DNA from: a virus
Taxonomy: Duplodnaviria > Caudoviricetes
DNA: 40,771 nucleotides
Virus record (IMG/VR): IMGVR_UViG_3300037424_003028
Location: 1-40,771 of that record
Strand: one strand, 5' to 3'
Below, one piece after another: positions 25,937-35,222 of this stretch. Every line of letters begins with the position of its first letter. Position 1 is the first letter of the stretch. The notes under the pieces are model-generated. The model did not search any database, was not told where the DNA came from, and saw nothing but the letters and a program-made list of their open reading frames with translations. A program made the translations under genes and the position numbers.

Positions 25937-27112
25937 TTACTCGATGTCGTCCGCCTGCCCGGTGCCGATCAGGACGCGGGCCTGCGCTTCCGGCATGGCC
26001 GGCCCCACGTAGCGAAACACCGCACACGGCCGGCCGCCGATCCGGCTCTCGGGCTTGCGGCCCACCATCCAACTCGACGCCTTCGTCGGCGTGGTCGAAA
26101 ACACTCCCGGCCGCTTACGCATCTGCCAATTAGCCGAGCGATCGTGGCTGTGCGCAAACGAGGGATGGGCCGGGTAGCTATGGAAGTGACAGCCGATCCC
26201 GCGATACGCCGCACCCAGGGTCTCGATCAGCACGAAGGCCAACCCCAAGCCCTGATAATCCGGCAGTGTCACCACCCTTGACACCCCCCAGATTTTTCGG
26301 CTGAACTTATTCCTCACGTTGCCCGGAGTGGGGCGGTACAACACTCCGCAAAACGCCGTCAGCTTGCCCTCCAGCCACAGCCCGTAGCACCTCGCCCCCT
26401 TATGCAAATTGCGGCTCATATAGTGATACGCAGCGAAGATGGGCCATGCGGAGCGTGACACTTGAGAGATGACCACGTCAAGTTCTGGCCGACGCCGAAG
26501 TGACCTCCCGGCATATTGCCCGGTTGAAGGGTCATAAACCCAGTCGGGTTGCAGCCAGTCGAGAACGTCATAGTGACAGGTGATAGCCACGAACTTTTGC
26601 CCCTTGCGCTTGCGGACGAACTTCTGCACCGCATGGCTGGCGATCTTAGCCACCTGGCGATCGACCACCGAGGTAAATTCATCCACCGCCACCAGCTCGC
26701 CGCCTTCGATCAGACGCCGGGCCAGTTCCACCCGGAACTTCTCGCCGTTGCTGAGCACGTGGAAAGGTTTCATCCATGACGGCACGGTGTTGAAGCCCAC
26801 CGCCGAGCAGGTGGCGGTGATGACCTCCATCGACAGCTTCTTGTCAAACTCGTCAACCACCGCCCGATCGCCGTGCCAGGTCAGCGGCTTATCCACCGCC
26901 TCGCCGAACAGCCGCCGGGCCACTTGCGACTTGCCGCTGCCCGAGGGCCCGACGATCAAGCCGATCTGCCAGTCGCCGGCGTCGATGGGGATGTCCACGT
27001 TCCATTCCCGCCGCAGCTTCTGCTGGGCGGGCACGTCGAACATGCCCTCCAACTGCTGCACCCGCACGGTGCGGGGCACCCTGGATTCAACTACCAGATC
27101 AAACTTGGGCAT
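25937..27112 (-). CDS. ABC-type ATPase fused to a GNAT (Mom-like) acetyltransferase
   Basis: GPSGSGKS, LSNGEKFR and VDEFTSVVDR motifs; GNAT motif A RVVTLPDYQGLGLA. Confidence 0.9.
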   Translation of the reverse strand: MPKFDLVVESRVPRTVRVQQLEGMFDVPAQQKLRREWNVDIPIDAGDWQIGLIVGPSGSGKSQVARRLFGEAVDKPLTWHGDRAVVDEFDKKLSMEVITATCSAVGFNTVPSWMKPFHVLSNGEKFRVELARRLIEGGELVAVDEFTSVVDRQVAKIASHAVQKFVRKRKGQKFVAITCHYDVLDWLQPDWVYDPSTGQYAGRSLRRRPELDVVISQVSRSAWPIFAAYHYMSRNLHKGARCYGLWLEGKLTAFCGVLYRPTPGNVRNKFSRKIWGVSRVVTLPDYQGLGLAFVLIETLGAAYRGIGCHFHSYPAHPSFAHSHDRSANWQMRKRPGVFSTTPTKASSWMVGRKPESRIGGRPCAVFRYVGPAMPEAQARVLIGTGQADDIE

Positions 27113-27434
27113 GGCTTAAATTCCTCTCAACCCGCTCGTGCGTTTGCGGATCGTACAGGCCGACGGTCTTCACGGGAGCGTTGAACTCACCCAAAACGTT
27201 CGGCGGCATCGCACAGGGGGCGATTAGATCGAACGATTCATGCGACACAACAAAGCCAAACCCATTGCGGGTGTGATCGAAGAACACCTGTTCGATCACA
27301 GCATCCGCCGGAATATCGCTGGTGCTTGCAACCACGAAGTAGTCGCAAGCGACGGCGGCCGCATGAATAAGTTTCATCATATCGAGGATGTACTGTGCAT
27401 GCACGTAGACTATCCTTACTCTTCTACCTTCCAT
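27099..27434 (-). CDS. Hypothetical phage protein
   Basis: 111 aa with AGGA RBS; IPADAVI...SHESFD. Confidence 0.65.
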   Translation of the reverse strand: MEGRRVRIVYVHAQYILDMMKLIHAAAVACDYFVVASTSDIPADAVIEQVFFDHTRNGFGFVVSHESFDLIAPCAMPPNVLGEFNAPVKTVGLYDPQTHERVERNLSHAQV

Positions 27435-27446
27435 GATCTATCCTTT

Positions 27447-27686
27447 CTAGATGATCCTCTCGAATGGAATGTTCTTGCGCCTCAGTGGCCGCGGGGGCGG
27501 CGGGGCAACGCTACGCCGGGCGATGAAGCCGGCTAGTGCTTCGGGCGTAACCCGATAGCACGGCCGGTCCTTGCCCACGGCAATATCGAACGCCAGTAGT
27601 TCACCGTTGTGAATCAGACGGCGGACATGATCCGGGTGAACGCCGAGCTGCTCGGCTACCTGGCGAACTGTGTACGGGGACTTCAT
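27447..27686 (-). CDS. Excisionase-like HTH DNA-binding protein
   Basis: YTVRQVAEQLGVHPDHVRRLIHNGELLA. Confidence 0.85.
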   Translation of the reverse strand: MKSPYTVRQVAEQLGVHPDHVRRLIHNGELLAFDIAVGKDRPCYRVTPEALAGFIARRSVAPPPPRPLRRKNIPFERII

Positions 27687-27696
27687 GGGTGTTACC

Positions 27697-28620
27697 TTAA
27701 TCTGGCCTATCTCTGAGTATCGTTTTTTGGATTTGTGGCAACTCCGCGGCGGAATCGAATTTGAAGTGACTCAAAGTGATACCTGCAATGTACACATTCC
27801 ATGCCTTGATTGTTATAGCTATTACTTGCCAGGGATTAGCTCTGCGAAACCCACTACGGACCGATCCGATCCTGTTTCGCAATATCAGACGTGGATCGTT
27901 CTTGGCCAGACATTCGCCACTGAAAAACTTCTCGTAAAAAGCATCTGCATACGTCTTATTGATTTGGGAAAATTCATACCACAGCCATCCGTGAATGGCC
28001 CCCCCACCCATTTTGATTGCAGGGTGAACACTTTTCCCTACATATTTCACCAACAGAGGGGTTGCTTTAATCATCGCAAGTGTCTCGTCTGGAGCAAGTG
28101 ATTTTGAAGCGGATTTACTGATCCCTTTGGAGTACCGCCACATGTGACCAACGGCACTCGTTACTGTGTTGCTGTTTGGAATATCATGCAAGCAAACGAC
28201 ATCCCTCGTAGCTCTAACTATGCCGCTGTTCAGGGTATCCATATTTTCATACGGAACGCCAAATTGGACCACGCTGAAAAAGTTTCGACCAGATCGAATA
28301 CAGGCTTCCAACCGGTTCTGTCCATCCATCAATAAACCGTCATGGCTGAAAATAATCGGCTCACCGTTTACCCCCCATCGCCCCTCCTCGATGGCTCTAG
28401 CGTATTTTTCAATACCGCGAATCTTCAAGTTTCTATTTGGTGCTTTGTAATATCCAAGGACAACCTCGGAAATATCGGGTGTGATCTCGCACACGGCCGA
28501 ATATATACGAACGGTCGTCAGCGGGCTTGGGAGTAACACGAACGCCTCTCTCCCTCCAAAATAATCCATAGTATCCGACATTTTGCTCGGGGTGACTTTA
28601 TTCACTACCGCCTCAGACAT
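27697..28620 (-). CDS. ParB-like N-terminal domain protein (AT-richer insertion)
   Basis: NRNL...YARAIEEGRW..NGEPIIF...DGQNRL motif; GGAG RBS before MSEAVV. Confidence 0.75.
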   Translation of the reverse strand: MSEAVVNKVTPSKMSDTMDYFGGREAFVLLPSPLTTVRIYSAVCEITPDISEVVLGYYKAPNRNLKIRGIEKYARAIEEGRWGVNGEPIIFSHDGLLMDGQNRLEACIRSGRNFFSVVQFGVPYENMDTLNSGIVRATRDVVCLHDIPNSNTVTSAVGHMWRYSKGISKSASKSLAPDETLAMIKATPLLVKYVGKSVHPAIKMGGGAIHGWLWYEFSQINKTYADAFYEKFFSGECLAKNDPRLILRNRIGSVRSGFRRANPWQVIAITIKAWNVYIAGITLSHFKFDSAAELPQIQKTILRDRPD

Positions 28621-28649
28621 TTTGCATCTCCTTTTGTTAATAGTTTCTT

Positions 28650-29315
28650 TCACGAGATTAACGCCCGGCATGGCCAGCCCTCCCGCTCAAAGCGTTCCAA
28701 CAAATTCCGCTGATGCTCTTCGCTGACGCAATTGACCACGATGCGATACTCGATGCCCTCCAACTGCGGCGAGGCATCGTTATTTTCCTCCGCAGCGGCT
28801 TCCTCAATCTGCCGGAGAATTTCATCATCGCTAAAGCCGCTCAAGGTCGCGTCGATGCTGTCATCATTCTGCAGTTCGGCCAGCAACGCACCCAAGGCGG
28901 CATCATTCCACGCACCGGCAATCTTATTCAGCGCGATGTTCAACGCCTTTTCCCGGGCTGGGGACAAGTTGACCACCGATACATCAACCTCGCTGACGGC
29001 ATACTCGCGGCGTAACACTTCCCAGCGCTGATGCCCGCCGACCAGGTTGCCGGTCTGCTCGTTCCAAATCAGCGGATCGACGTAGCCAAACTCGGCTATC
29101 GAGCGCTTGAGCTTTTCGTATTCGCTGTCGCCGGGCTTGAGCGTCATCCGCGGGTTGTACGGCGCGGGATTGATCGACCCCACCGGCAGCCGACGAATTT
29201 CCAACGTCCCCGGCACGGGCACCGCGTCCGCCGCGTCCGCCGCGATCGGCGGCGGCCGGCTCGGCGACTTGGACGCTGGTAACTTGCGTTTCTTAACCTT
29301 GGTTTTACCGGCCAT
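28650..29315 (-). CDS. ParB/Srx-like nuclease domain protein
   Basis: PAPYNPR, SIAEFGYVDPLIWN, VGGHQR and NIALNKI motifs. Confidence 0.9.
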   Translation of the reverse strand: MAGKTKVKKRKLPASKSPSRPPPIAADAADAVPVPGTLEIRRLPVGSINPAPYNPRMTLKPGDSEYEKLKRSIAEFGYVDPLIWNEQTGNLVGGHQRWEVLRREYAVSEVDVSVVNLSPAREKALNIALNKIAGAWNDAALGALLAELQNDDSIDATLSGFSDDEILRQIEEAAAEENNDASPQLEGIEYRIVVNCVSEEHQRNLLERFEREGWPCRALIS

Positions 29316-29679
29316 TAACCGCCTGACCTTCCGTGGCGTTAGCTACCTGGTCGCATATCCAGCGAACCACATCCACCGGCGACTGAACAAAAAGTCCACC
29401 AACCAACTCCTTGCCGCGTAAACCCTGAAATAGGCGTTGGAGCGCGCGAGCGCGTCTGCCCCTGAGCGTAATATCTATTCGCGGTGAACAGTATTCGCGG
29501 TCATTAACCTCGCCCACCGGCACAGAGAATTGGGCCAACCGCTTTTTGCCGGACGTCGCCGGTCCCATCGGCCCGGTGGTAATCTCGCGGGCATCTAGGG
29601 TCGGCAACTGCGTAGCCGTGGAAACTGCCGGAGGTTGAATAGCTCTACCGCTCTTGGTCCGCTGTTGGTTCTTGCTCAT
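29305..29679 (-). CDS. Hypothetical protein
   Basis: 124 aa, translationally coupled to terL. Confidence 0.65.
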   Translation of the reverse strand: MSKNQQRTKSGRAIQPPAVSTATQLPTLDAREITTGPMGPATSGKKRLAQFSVPVGEVNDREYCSPRIDITLRGRRARALQRLFQGLRGKELVGGLFVQSPVDVVRWICDQVANATEGQAVNGR

Positions 29680-31730
29680 TACTCTTGCTCCATCACAAAG
29701 AAATCGCGGCGGTCAACCTCACCATAATCATCCTCGACCGCACGCACTGTTTCGACGTTCGACCGTGGCGCCTTCCGTGGTACCTTTTCCGTTTTAAGCA
29801 GTCGAACGCCGCAGAAATTACCCGCCGCACAGGCGTTGTAGATCGCATCGAACAGGTGATTTTGTTTCCGCACCCGCTTCCAAACCCGCAAGACGCCCCT
29901 TTCAGGCACGAACTCCTCAACCTGTTTTTCAGCGGTCATGTGCTTGGCAAATTTAGTATGCTCGCCGGGCAGAGCCTGATACAACACCATTGCCCCAGGG
30001 GAGCCCACCGGCGATACCAAGCGCTCGTGCACCCAGCTCTTCCAGTGATCGGCGTTGACCTCCACCAGATACACTCGCTCCTGGTCCAGCTTGCTGACGT
30101 GGAACCCCTCGCCGATAAACCGCACCTGCTTATTCTTTGCCTTGGGCTGTTGGTAGTAGCGATTGCGTTCCTGACCGGCTCCATAACCTTTGACCGGCCG
30201 GAATCGCTGACCCGCCGACTCGCGGCAGAATAAGTACACCGCCGCCCGCGATTCGCTATAGCCCGAGTCAATCCACACCTGCCGAGCCCTGATCGTGCCG
30301 CCGTCCTCCTTCGCCCAGCCGGCGGCTATGAAATCACGGAACGTCCGCAGAGCCGCCAGCGTGGCTCTCTCGACGCCCAAATGGTCGGTATCAATCTCAA
30401 AAACGCCGTAATCCAGGACGTGCGAAGATCCATCAGCCCGCCAAGCGATGGCTACAAAATGCCCCAGCCACTTGCCCAGGTCCGCGCCTACCGTAATCAC
30501 CTGGGTATCCGCCGGGGCCACCCCCTTGGGCAACACCTGCACCCGCCGCTTGACCGCCTCAAACTCCAACGGTGTGGTTTCCAGCGCATCCGGCTGGTGG
30601 GGCAGCGCCCACACAAACTGCAACATTTCCTTGGCCGCGTTCTCCTCATCGGGATCGCGGGCCGCACGCCACTCCCTGGCTCCGATATGCCCTTGCGACC
30701 AGAACAGATTGTTGACCGCCGACCACCTGAACCCCAGCGTGCTGGTACGTGGCGACTCGCCGTGAATTACGCCGTCTGGGTCTATATCCTGCCCGCGATG
30801 CACCATCTTGCCGGCATGATTCGCGGCGGATCGCTCCGCGTCGGACCACAACACGCCGCAAGCCGGACAACAAAACTGGGCGGCCGCGCGGGCATCCAGA
30901 TCAGTGGCGGCATCCTGCCAGCCCTGCAAGTGCTCGCGCTCGGGCGCCACCCAGCAGCGACAGTGCGGGCAGGGTAGGGCGATCCGGCTTTGGGTTCCGC
31001 CGGTGTACTCCCGCCAAGTGCGGCCTTGCTCGATTGAAACCGTGCACTCCATGTAGGTCCGAGCCCGAGCGTCGTAACTTTCAGTTCGCGCCCGAAGCTG
31101 GGTAATTTTATCCGCCTCGCGGCTGGCCTCGCCCGCGGCATCCATGCCGTCAGTTTCGGTAATCACCAATACCCGCGAGGAGAAGCCGGCCCTGGATTTG
31201 TCGTCGCCGCCGCCGCTCATAAACTTCAGCGTGGCCCCGTTGTTGAACTTGATCGCGTCGAACGTGCCGCCCCGCGAGCCGGCCCCCGATCGTGGCAACA
31301 AATCGCGGTAACGAGAGCGGCTTATCACCGGCTCAATGTCCTCTCGCCATTTGTCCCGCGCCATAACCATATCAGGCAGCCCTAAAATTACCGTCTCACC
31401 AATCTCGAACAGGTGGTACACCGTCGGAATCACATAGCCGCTGAGCGTTTTACCGCTCTGCGATGGGCCAGTGGCCACATACGTCGTCCACTTGCCGGAA
31501 TCAATTGCATCAAACCACAAACCCACAAAGGGCTGGCGGTCGCAGCGGAATCGCCGCCCTTGGTACGGACCGTCGGGAATGACGATCTCGGCCTCGGCGA
31601 ATTCACGCATCGTCCTTAGCCGCGGGGCCATCGCCGCTGCGGTTGCGCCGGACGCCACCCTTTTGAACGCGCGAACCGACGCGCTCGCCGTCTTGCGGCT
31701 GGTTATCATCTCCGGCGCTATACACATCAC
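29679..31730 (-). CDS. terL: Terminase large subunit (lambda GpA family)
   Basis: Walker A GPSQSGKT, ITETD, CPHC/CPAC, GADLG, IDSGY and NHLFDA motifs; true start may be further downstream. Confidence 0.95.
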   Translation of the reverse strand: MMCIAPEMITSRKTASASVRAFKRVASGATAAAMAPRLRTMREFAEAEIVIPDGPYQGRRFRCDRQPFVGLWFDAIDSGKWTTYVATGPSQSGKTLSGYVIPTVYHLFEIGETVILGLPDMVMARDKWREDIEPVISRSRYRDLLPRSGAGSRGGTFDAIKFNNGATLKFMSGGGDDKSRAGFSSRVLVITETDGMDAAGEASREADKITQLRARTESYDARARTYMECTVSIEQGRTWREYTGGTQSRIALPCPHCRCWVAPEREHLQGWQDAATDLDARAAAQFCCPACGVLWSDAERSAANHAGKMVHRGQDIDPDGVIHGESPRTSTLGFRWSAVNNLFWSQGHIGAREWRAARDPDEENAAKEMLQFVWALPHQPDALETTPLEFEAVKRRVQVLPKGVAPADTQVITVGADLGKWLGHFVAIAWRADGSSHVLDYGVFEIDTDHLGVERATLAALRTFRDFIAAGWAKEDGGTIRARQVWIDSGYSESRAAVYLFCRESAGQRFRPVKGYGAGQERNRYYQQPKAKNKQVRFIGEGFHVSKLDQERVYLVEVNADHWKSWVHERLVSPVGSPGAMVLYQALPGEHTKFAKHMTAEKQVEEFVPERGVLRVWKRVRKQNHLFDAIYNACAAGNFCGVRLLKTEKVPRKAPRSNVETVRAVEDDYGEVDRRDFFVMEQE

Positions 31731-32544
31731 CTACGAGTTTCCATTGGCCCACTTCCCGCTTAAGCTCTGCCAACGCATCATCGAGCACCGCGAACGCCTC
31801 GGCCCCAAATTGCCGCTGCAACAAGTCGCCGGCCGACCGTACCACCGCCGCCAACTTGTGGGTGTACTGCGAAACCCAGTCGATCCGTACTAGAACACCT
31901 TCACGCTCCAACCGTTCGAGCCGAGCCAACTTGGCCCGCTCATCCCGATACCGTTCGAGCGCCGGGCTGTCGGCCCCCGAATACATATCCGCCTCATCAT
32001 CATCCGCACCCGAAAGCCGCCGCGAATTCTTAGCGATGAAATCGTGTAAGCTCCTGACCACCGCCTCCAAATCGACTACCGCACCGCCAAAGGGCATCCC
32101 GTACCGTCTGGCCTGCTCGTTCAAAATCTTGGCCTGCCGCCCGCTCATCTTGATCCAGTGAGCCTGCGGAATGCTGTGATAGATTTCCCATCGTTGCCGC
32201 TCCTCGTTGGCCTGTTCCCACCGACGCAGGGCGGCCAACTCTTGCCGCGACGGCATCTGTCCAGCCTTCCGCTTCTGCAACGCCCGCGCCGCCAACTCAC
32301 GCTCGATCTGCTGCGAGGTAGTCAGCAGTGCAGCCGATTGTGTCGTCGCTCCACCTTTGCGTTTTGCGCTTCGGTCCACGGCCGGCACGTTGCCGCGATT
32401 CCCGCTACCGTCCACGGTCGACACGTTGCCGCGCTTCCCGCTACCGCCCACGGCCGGCACGTTGCCGCGCTTCCCGCTACCGCCCACGGCCGGCACGTTT
32501 CGGTTATCCCCGGTCGAATTGCCGCCGCCCTTCGGCCGTGTCAT
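31603..32544 (-). CDS. terS: Terminase small subunit (Nu1-like)
   Basis: Upstream of terL; SPALERYRDERAKLARLERLEREGVLV motif; GAGGGAG RBS before MTRPKG. Confidence 0.8.
   Translation of the reverse strand: MTRPKGGGNSTGDNRNVPAVGGSGKRGNVPAVGGSGKRGNVSTVDGSGNRGNVPAVDRSAKRKGGATTQSAALLTTSQQIERELAARALQKRKAGQMPSRQELAALRRWEQANEERQRWEIYHSIPQAHWIKMSGRQAKILNEQARRYGMPFGGAVVDLEAVVRSLHDFIAKNSRRLSGADDDEADMYSGADSPALERYRDERAKLARLERLEREGVLVRIDWVSQYTHKLAAVVRSAGDLLQRQFGAEAFAVLDDALAELKREVGQWKLVGDVYSAGDDNQPQDGERVGSRVQKGGVRRNRSGDGPAAKDDA
32376..32499 (-). repeat. 36-bp tandem repeat (~3.4 copies) in the terS N-terminus
   Basis: Encodes NVPAVGGSGKRG-like 12-mers. Confidence 0.92.
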
Positions 32545-32789
32545 ATCCACTCCCTCAACTCGCCGCCCCTCAACTCGCCACCGACCCTTACCCTCAAAAT
32601 TACCCTCTGCACACACGTTTTTAACGCACTACTCGGTCGTCCGACCTGCGCCCCTTGTCGGCAAAGAACCTAGACCGTATCATATCCGCGCCTAAGTCCT
32701 TATTTTGCGTTGATGATGTTCTAACGTAACTCCTTTATTTGGCAACCGCTGTTCATTAGTCAGACGATTCAATTCCGCGTTGCACCGGG

Positions 32790-33044
32790 TCATCCAACCA
32801 TCAGAAGCGCCCGCAAATACGATTGCTTGACCGCCTCCAACAGTTCTTTGCGGGCCGGGCCTAATTCCTCCACCTCTCCCAGAACGGCATCCGTAACCGC
32901 CTCTGCCGTATCCATAATGGCTCGTCTAATTCTGCGTTGCGATTGATTGGGACACCCATCACTCAACTCGCTCCATAGCCGTTTGACGATCGGATGAACT
33001 AGGGCATCTACGGCATCATCGAATTCTTCCTGGGTAATACTCAC
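32790..33044 (-). CDS. Hypothetical protein
   Basis: 84 aa, GTG start. Confidence 0.6.
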   Translation of the reverse strand: MSITQEEFDDAVDALVHPIVKRLWSELSDGCPNQSQRRIRRAIMDTAEAVTDAVLGEVEELGPARKELLEAVKQSYLRALLMVG

Positions 33045-33066
33045 CTGCCGCCGCCTTTCCTAATGT

Positions 33067-33417
33067 TCAACCCTTCTTGCGATCTAACGCCCCTGGTCTC
33101 GATTTCAGCACTCGCCATACTTCATTCAGCAGGCCGGGATGCTTCCGACTTATCCAACCCTGTTCCAACATCCACCGCAGATAGCCGGTATTGACGTCGA
33201 CCAGCGGCTTGCCTTCATGTTTGCCGAACGGCATTTTGACGGCCAGCTCGCCGGCGGTTTGGCACTGACCGCCGCAGCGGGCTTTGCCGGTCGGCCGGGA
33301 TAACTGATCGGCGGTGCGGATAGCGACCCGCGCCCGCTGGAATCGGCCACGCCGAGCCGCCCCGGTTTCGATAATACCCCGCCGTCCGTTTAGCCAATTA
33401 CGCATAGGTCGACCCAT
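33067..33417 (-). CDS. DUF3820-like protein
   Basis: MPFGKHEGKPLVDVNTGYLRWM motif; start uncertain. Confidence 0.7.
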   Translation of the reverse strand: MGRPMRNWLNGRRGIIETGAARRGRFQRARVAIRTADQLSRPTGKARCGGQCQTAGELAVKMPFGKHEGKPLVDVNTGYLRWMLEQGWISRKHPGLLNEVWRVLKSRPGALDRKKG

Positions 33418-33491
33418 TGCAAACAGCAGCAGTCGAACCGCGTCCGCGTCTTTCGAGGCTCATCTCGCGCGGAATAGAGACGCCCGTAGCC

Positions 33492-34037
33492 CTATGATTG
33501 AGCAGCTCCATTGTTCACCCAATCCTCATTGTTGATGCAAAACTCAATAACAAACGTCACACGCTCGCCCACCGGCAACTTGACGGAGTAGACGAGGTAT
33601 GGAACCGACGACGATGCGATGACGATGGTCCTGCCCCTGTACGAGCAGGTAACATCCGCGATCAACATTCGGCCAGAAACAGGATGCAAAACTAACGGAG
33701 CCAGGGCAGTCACCTGCACCCATTGGGTAAGATTTTCCGGGCATGGATTCTCTGCCGTCCACAGCGCCCAGTCTGCGGGCTCGACGCTAGTCTCAACACG
33801 AACAGTTCCCGTCCAGCCTTGAGGTACGAAAATCGTCTCAGGCAGCGCAGCGTATGTTCGAGAAGCTTGCCCCTCGTTGCCAGTCAGAACCACCGAGCAC
33901 CGATTGAGCACCGCCGCGTTGAGCGCGGGTAAGTGCAGACTCTCGGCCGTGGGAACCTCGAAACCGATTTCCACCGTCTGCATGTCCGCGCAGCCGATCA
34001 AAAAAAGTAACGTAAAGGTCGCGGTTGTATTCTTCAT
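33492..34037 (-). CDS. Predicted lipoprotein
   Basis: MKNTTATFTLLFLIGC signal with lipobox; AAGGAG RBS. Confidence 0.65.
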   Translation of the reverse strand: MKNTTATFTLLFLIGCADMQTVEIGFEVPTAESLHLPALNAAVLNRCSVVLTGNEGQASRTYAALPETIFVPQGWTGTVRVETSVEPADWALWTAENPCPENLTQWVQVTALAPLVLHPVSGRMLIADVTCSYRGRTIVIASSSVPYLVYSVKLPVGERVTFVIEFCINNEDWVNNGAAQS

Positions 34038-34070
34038 GTTTTGTTCTCCTTCGCGGTTGGGCGATCCGTC

Positions 34071-34532
34071 TCAATATTTTGGCCCTTCCTCCACCGCCGG
34101 GCCTGGCTTGCGGGCAAAGACCTCAAATTGCTCCACGAGGGCCGTAATCAGGCGGACGTACCCTGGAGTACCAGCCAGAGTGCCAACCAGTCGGCAGAAT
34201 TCCTCAATGACCCGAAGCGCCGGCAACGCTTCGATCACCAGCCGCCCGCCGGCGTTATGCTGCTCACCATGAATGTGCCCACCGGTCCATGCCGCCCGCA
34301 TTACATTCTTGACCGCCTCCTGTAATTGCAGGTGTTCAGTGTTCTGGTGCGGCCGCGGTGCCATAACACTAAATTGGATGCCCTGTGGACAATCGCCGAT
34401 CATCTCCTGCAACATGGCATCCAGCCGGACCATTTCTGGCGCGGCCGGATCAAACGTGCCATCCTTCCGCCGCTCGCGGCCGCACGCCCACTCGAACCAC
34501 TGATTGAATTCATCCATGCTAGTCGCCATCAC
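34071..34532 (-). CDS. Hypothetical protein
   Basis: 153 aa with AGGAG RBS. Confidence 0.65.
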   Translation of the reverse strand: MMATSMDEFNQWFEWACGRERRKDGTFDPAAPEMVRLDAMLQEMIGDCPQGIQFSVMAPRPHQNTEHLQLQEAVKNVMRAAWTGGHIHGEQHNAGGRLVIEALPALRVIEEFCRLVGTLAGTPGYVRLITALVEQFEVFARKPGPAVEEGPKY

Positions 34533-34679
34533 TCGCTCCTATAATTTTACCCGCGCCAACGGGCCGGATCGCTACCAACATCGTTGGCTTGGGCTACGGA
34601 TTTCATAAACGAAGCTCTCAGCTATTAGCTATCAACCTTCAGCCACCACTGGTATCAGTCTTCGGCACTCGCCGACGAT

Positions 34680-34793
34680 TTATTGAGTCGGACGCCGCCC
34701 GAGCCCATGCGGTTCAATCTCTCGCTCCTCGAACACGGTAATTTTGTACTTACCGTGCTTGAGTTTTTGCACTTTTTTAACCCGTTTATTCAT
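34680..34793 (-). CDS. Small basic hypothetical protein (37 aa)
   Basis: MNKRVKKVQKLKHGKYKITVFEERE..., ATGA overlap with the upstream stop. Confidence 0.4.
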   Translation of the reverse strand: MNKRVKKVQKLKHGKYKITVFEEREIEPHGLGRRPTQ

Positions 34794-35206
34794 CTCGACA
34801 TTACCCCGCGTCTGAGCACCTCGCACTGCCAGCCACCGGATTTGCGTTTAACCACGTAAAGTTCGCAAGGTCCGTACATCGCCCACAGTTTCCGGTTTTT
34901 TTTGAATGTCTTATCCTCGAACCCTTTAACATCCTCGGCATGGACCGTGCCGTCGGTATGGATGACCACGAAGTCCGCACGGTAGGTGTTTAACGAATCG
35001 CCCAGCAAAAACGTAACCTGGCGCACCCAGCCGCGAATGTCCTTAGCCTTGACCAGCATATCCAAGTACGCCGCCCGCTGGGCCTCGGCCTTGGAGTCGT
35101 ACAGCACGCCGTTGTATGGAGTCTTCTTGGCGTGGTATTTGTTGGCCCGCGGACCCTTGGCGGCTACCAGCCGCTTGTACTCGTCAACTGTCATGGGTTC
35201 AGCCAT
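34790..35206 (-). CDS. DUF1064-family PD-(D/E)xK endonuclease
   Basis: NKYHAKKT...DSKAEAQR, YRADFV and EDVKG motifs. Confidence 0.88.
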   Translation of the reverse strand: MAEPMTVDEYKRLVAAKGPRANKYHAKKTPYNGVLYDSKAEAQRAAYLDMLVKAKDIRGWVRQVTFLLGDSLNTYRADFVVIHTDGTVHAEDVKGFEDKTFKKNRKLWAMYGPCELYVVKRKSGGWQCEVLRRGVMSR

Positions 35207-35222
35207 AAAAAGCTCTCAGCTT

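Noticed and set aside
25937-27112. ABC transporter
   Set aside because: No permease or binding-protein genes; the ATPase is fused to a GNAT domain in a phage context
28650-29315. Plasmid-prophage partition system
   Set aside because: No ParA; this is the terminase/modification-associated ParB-N type, and the phage has an integrase and att site
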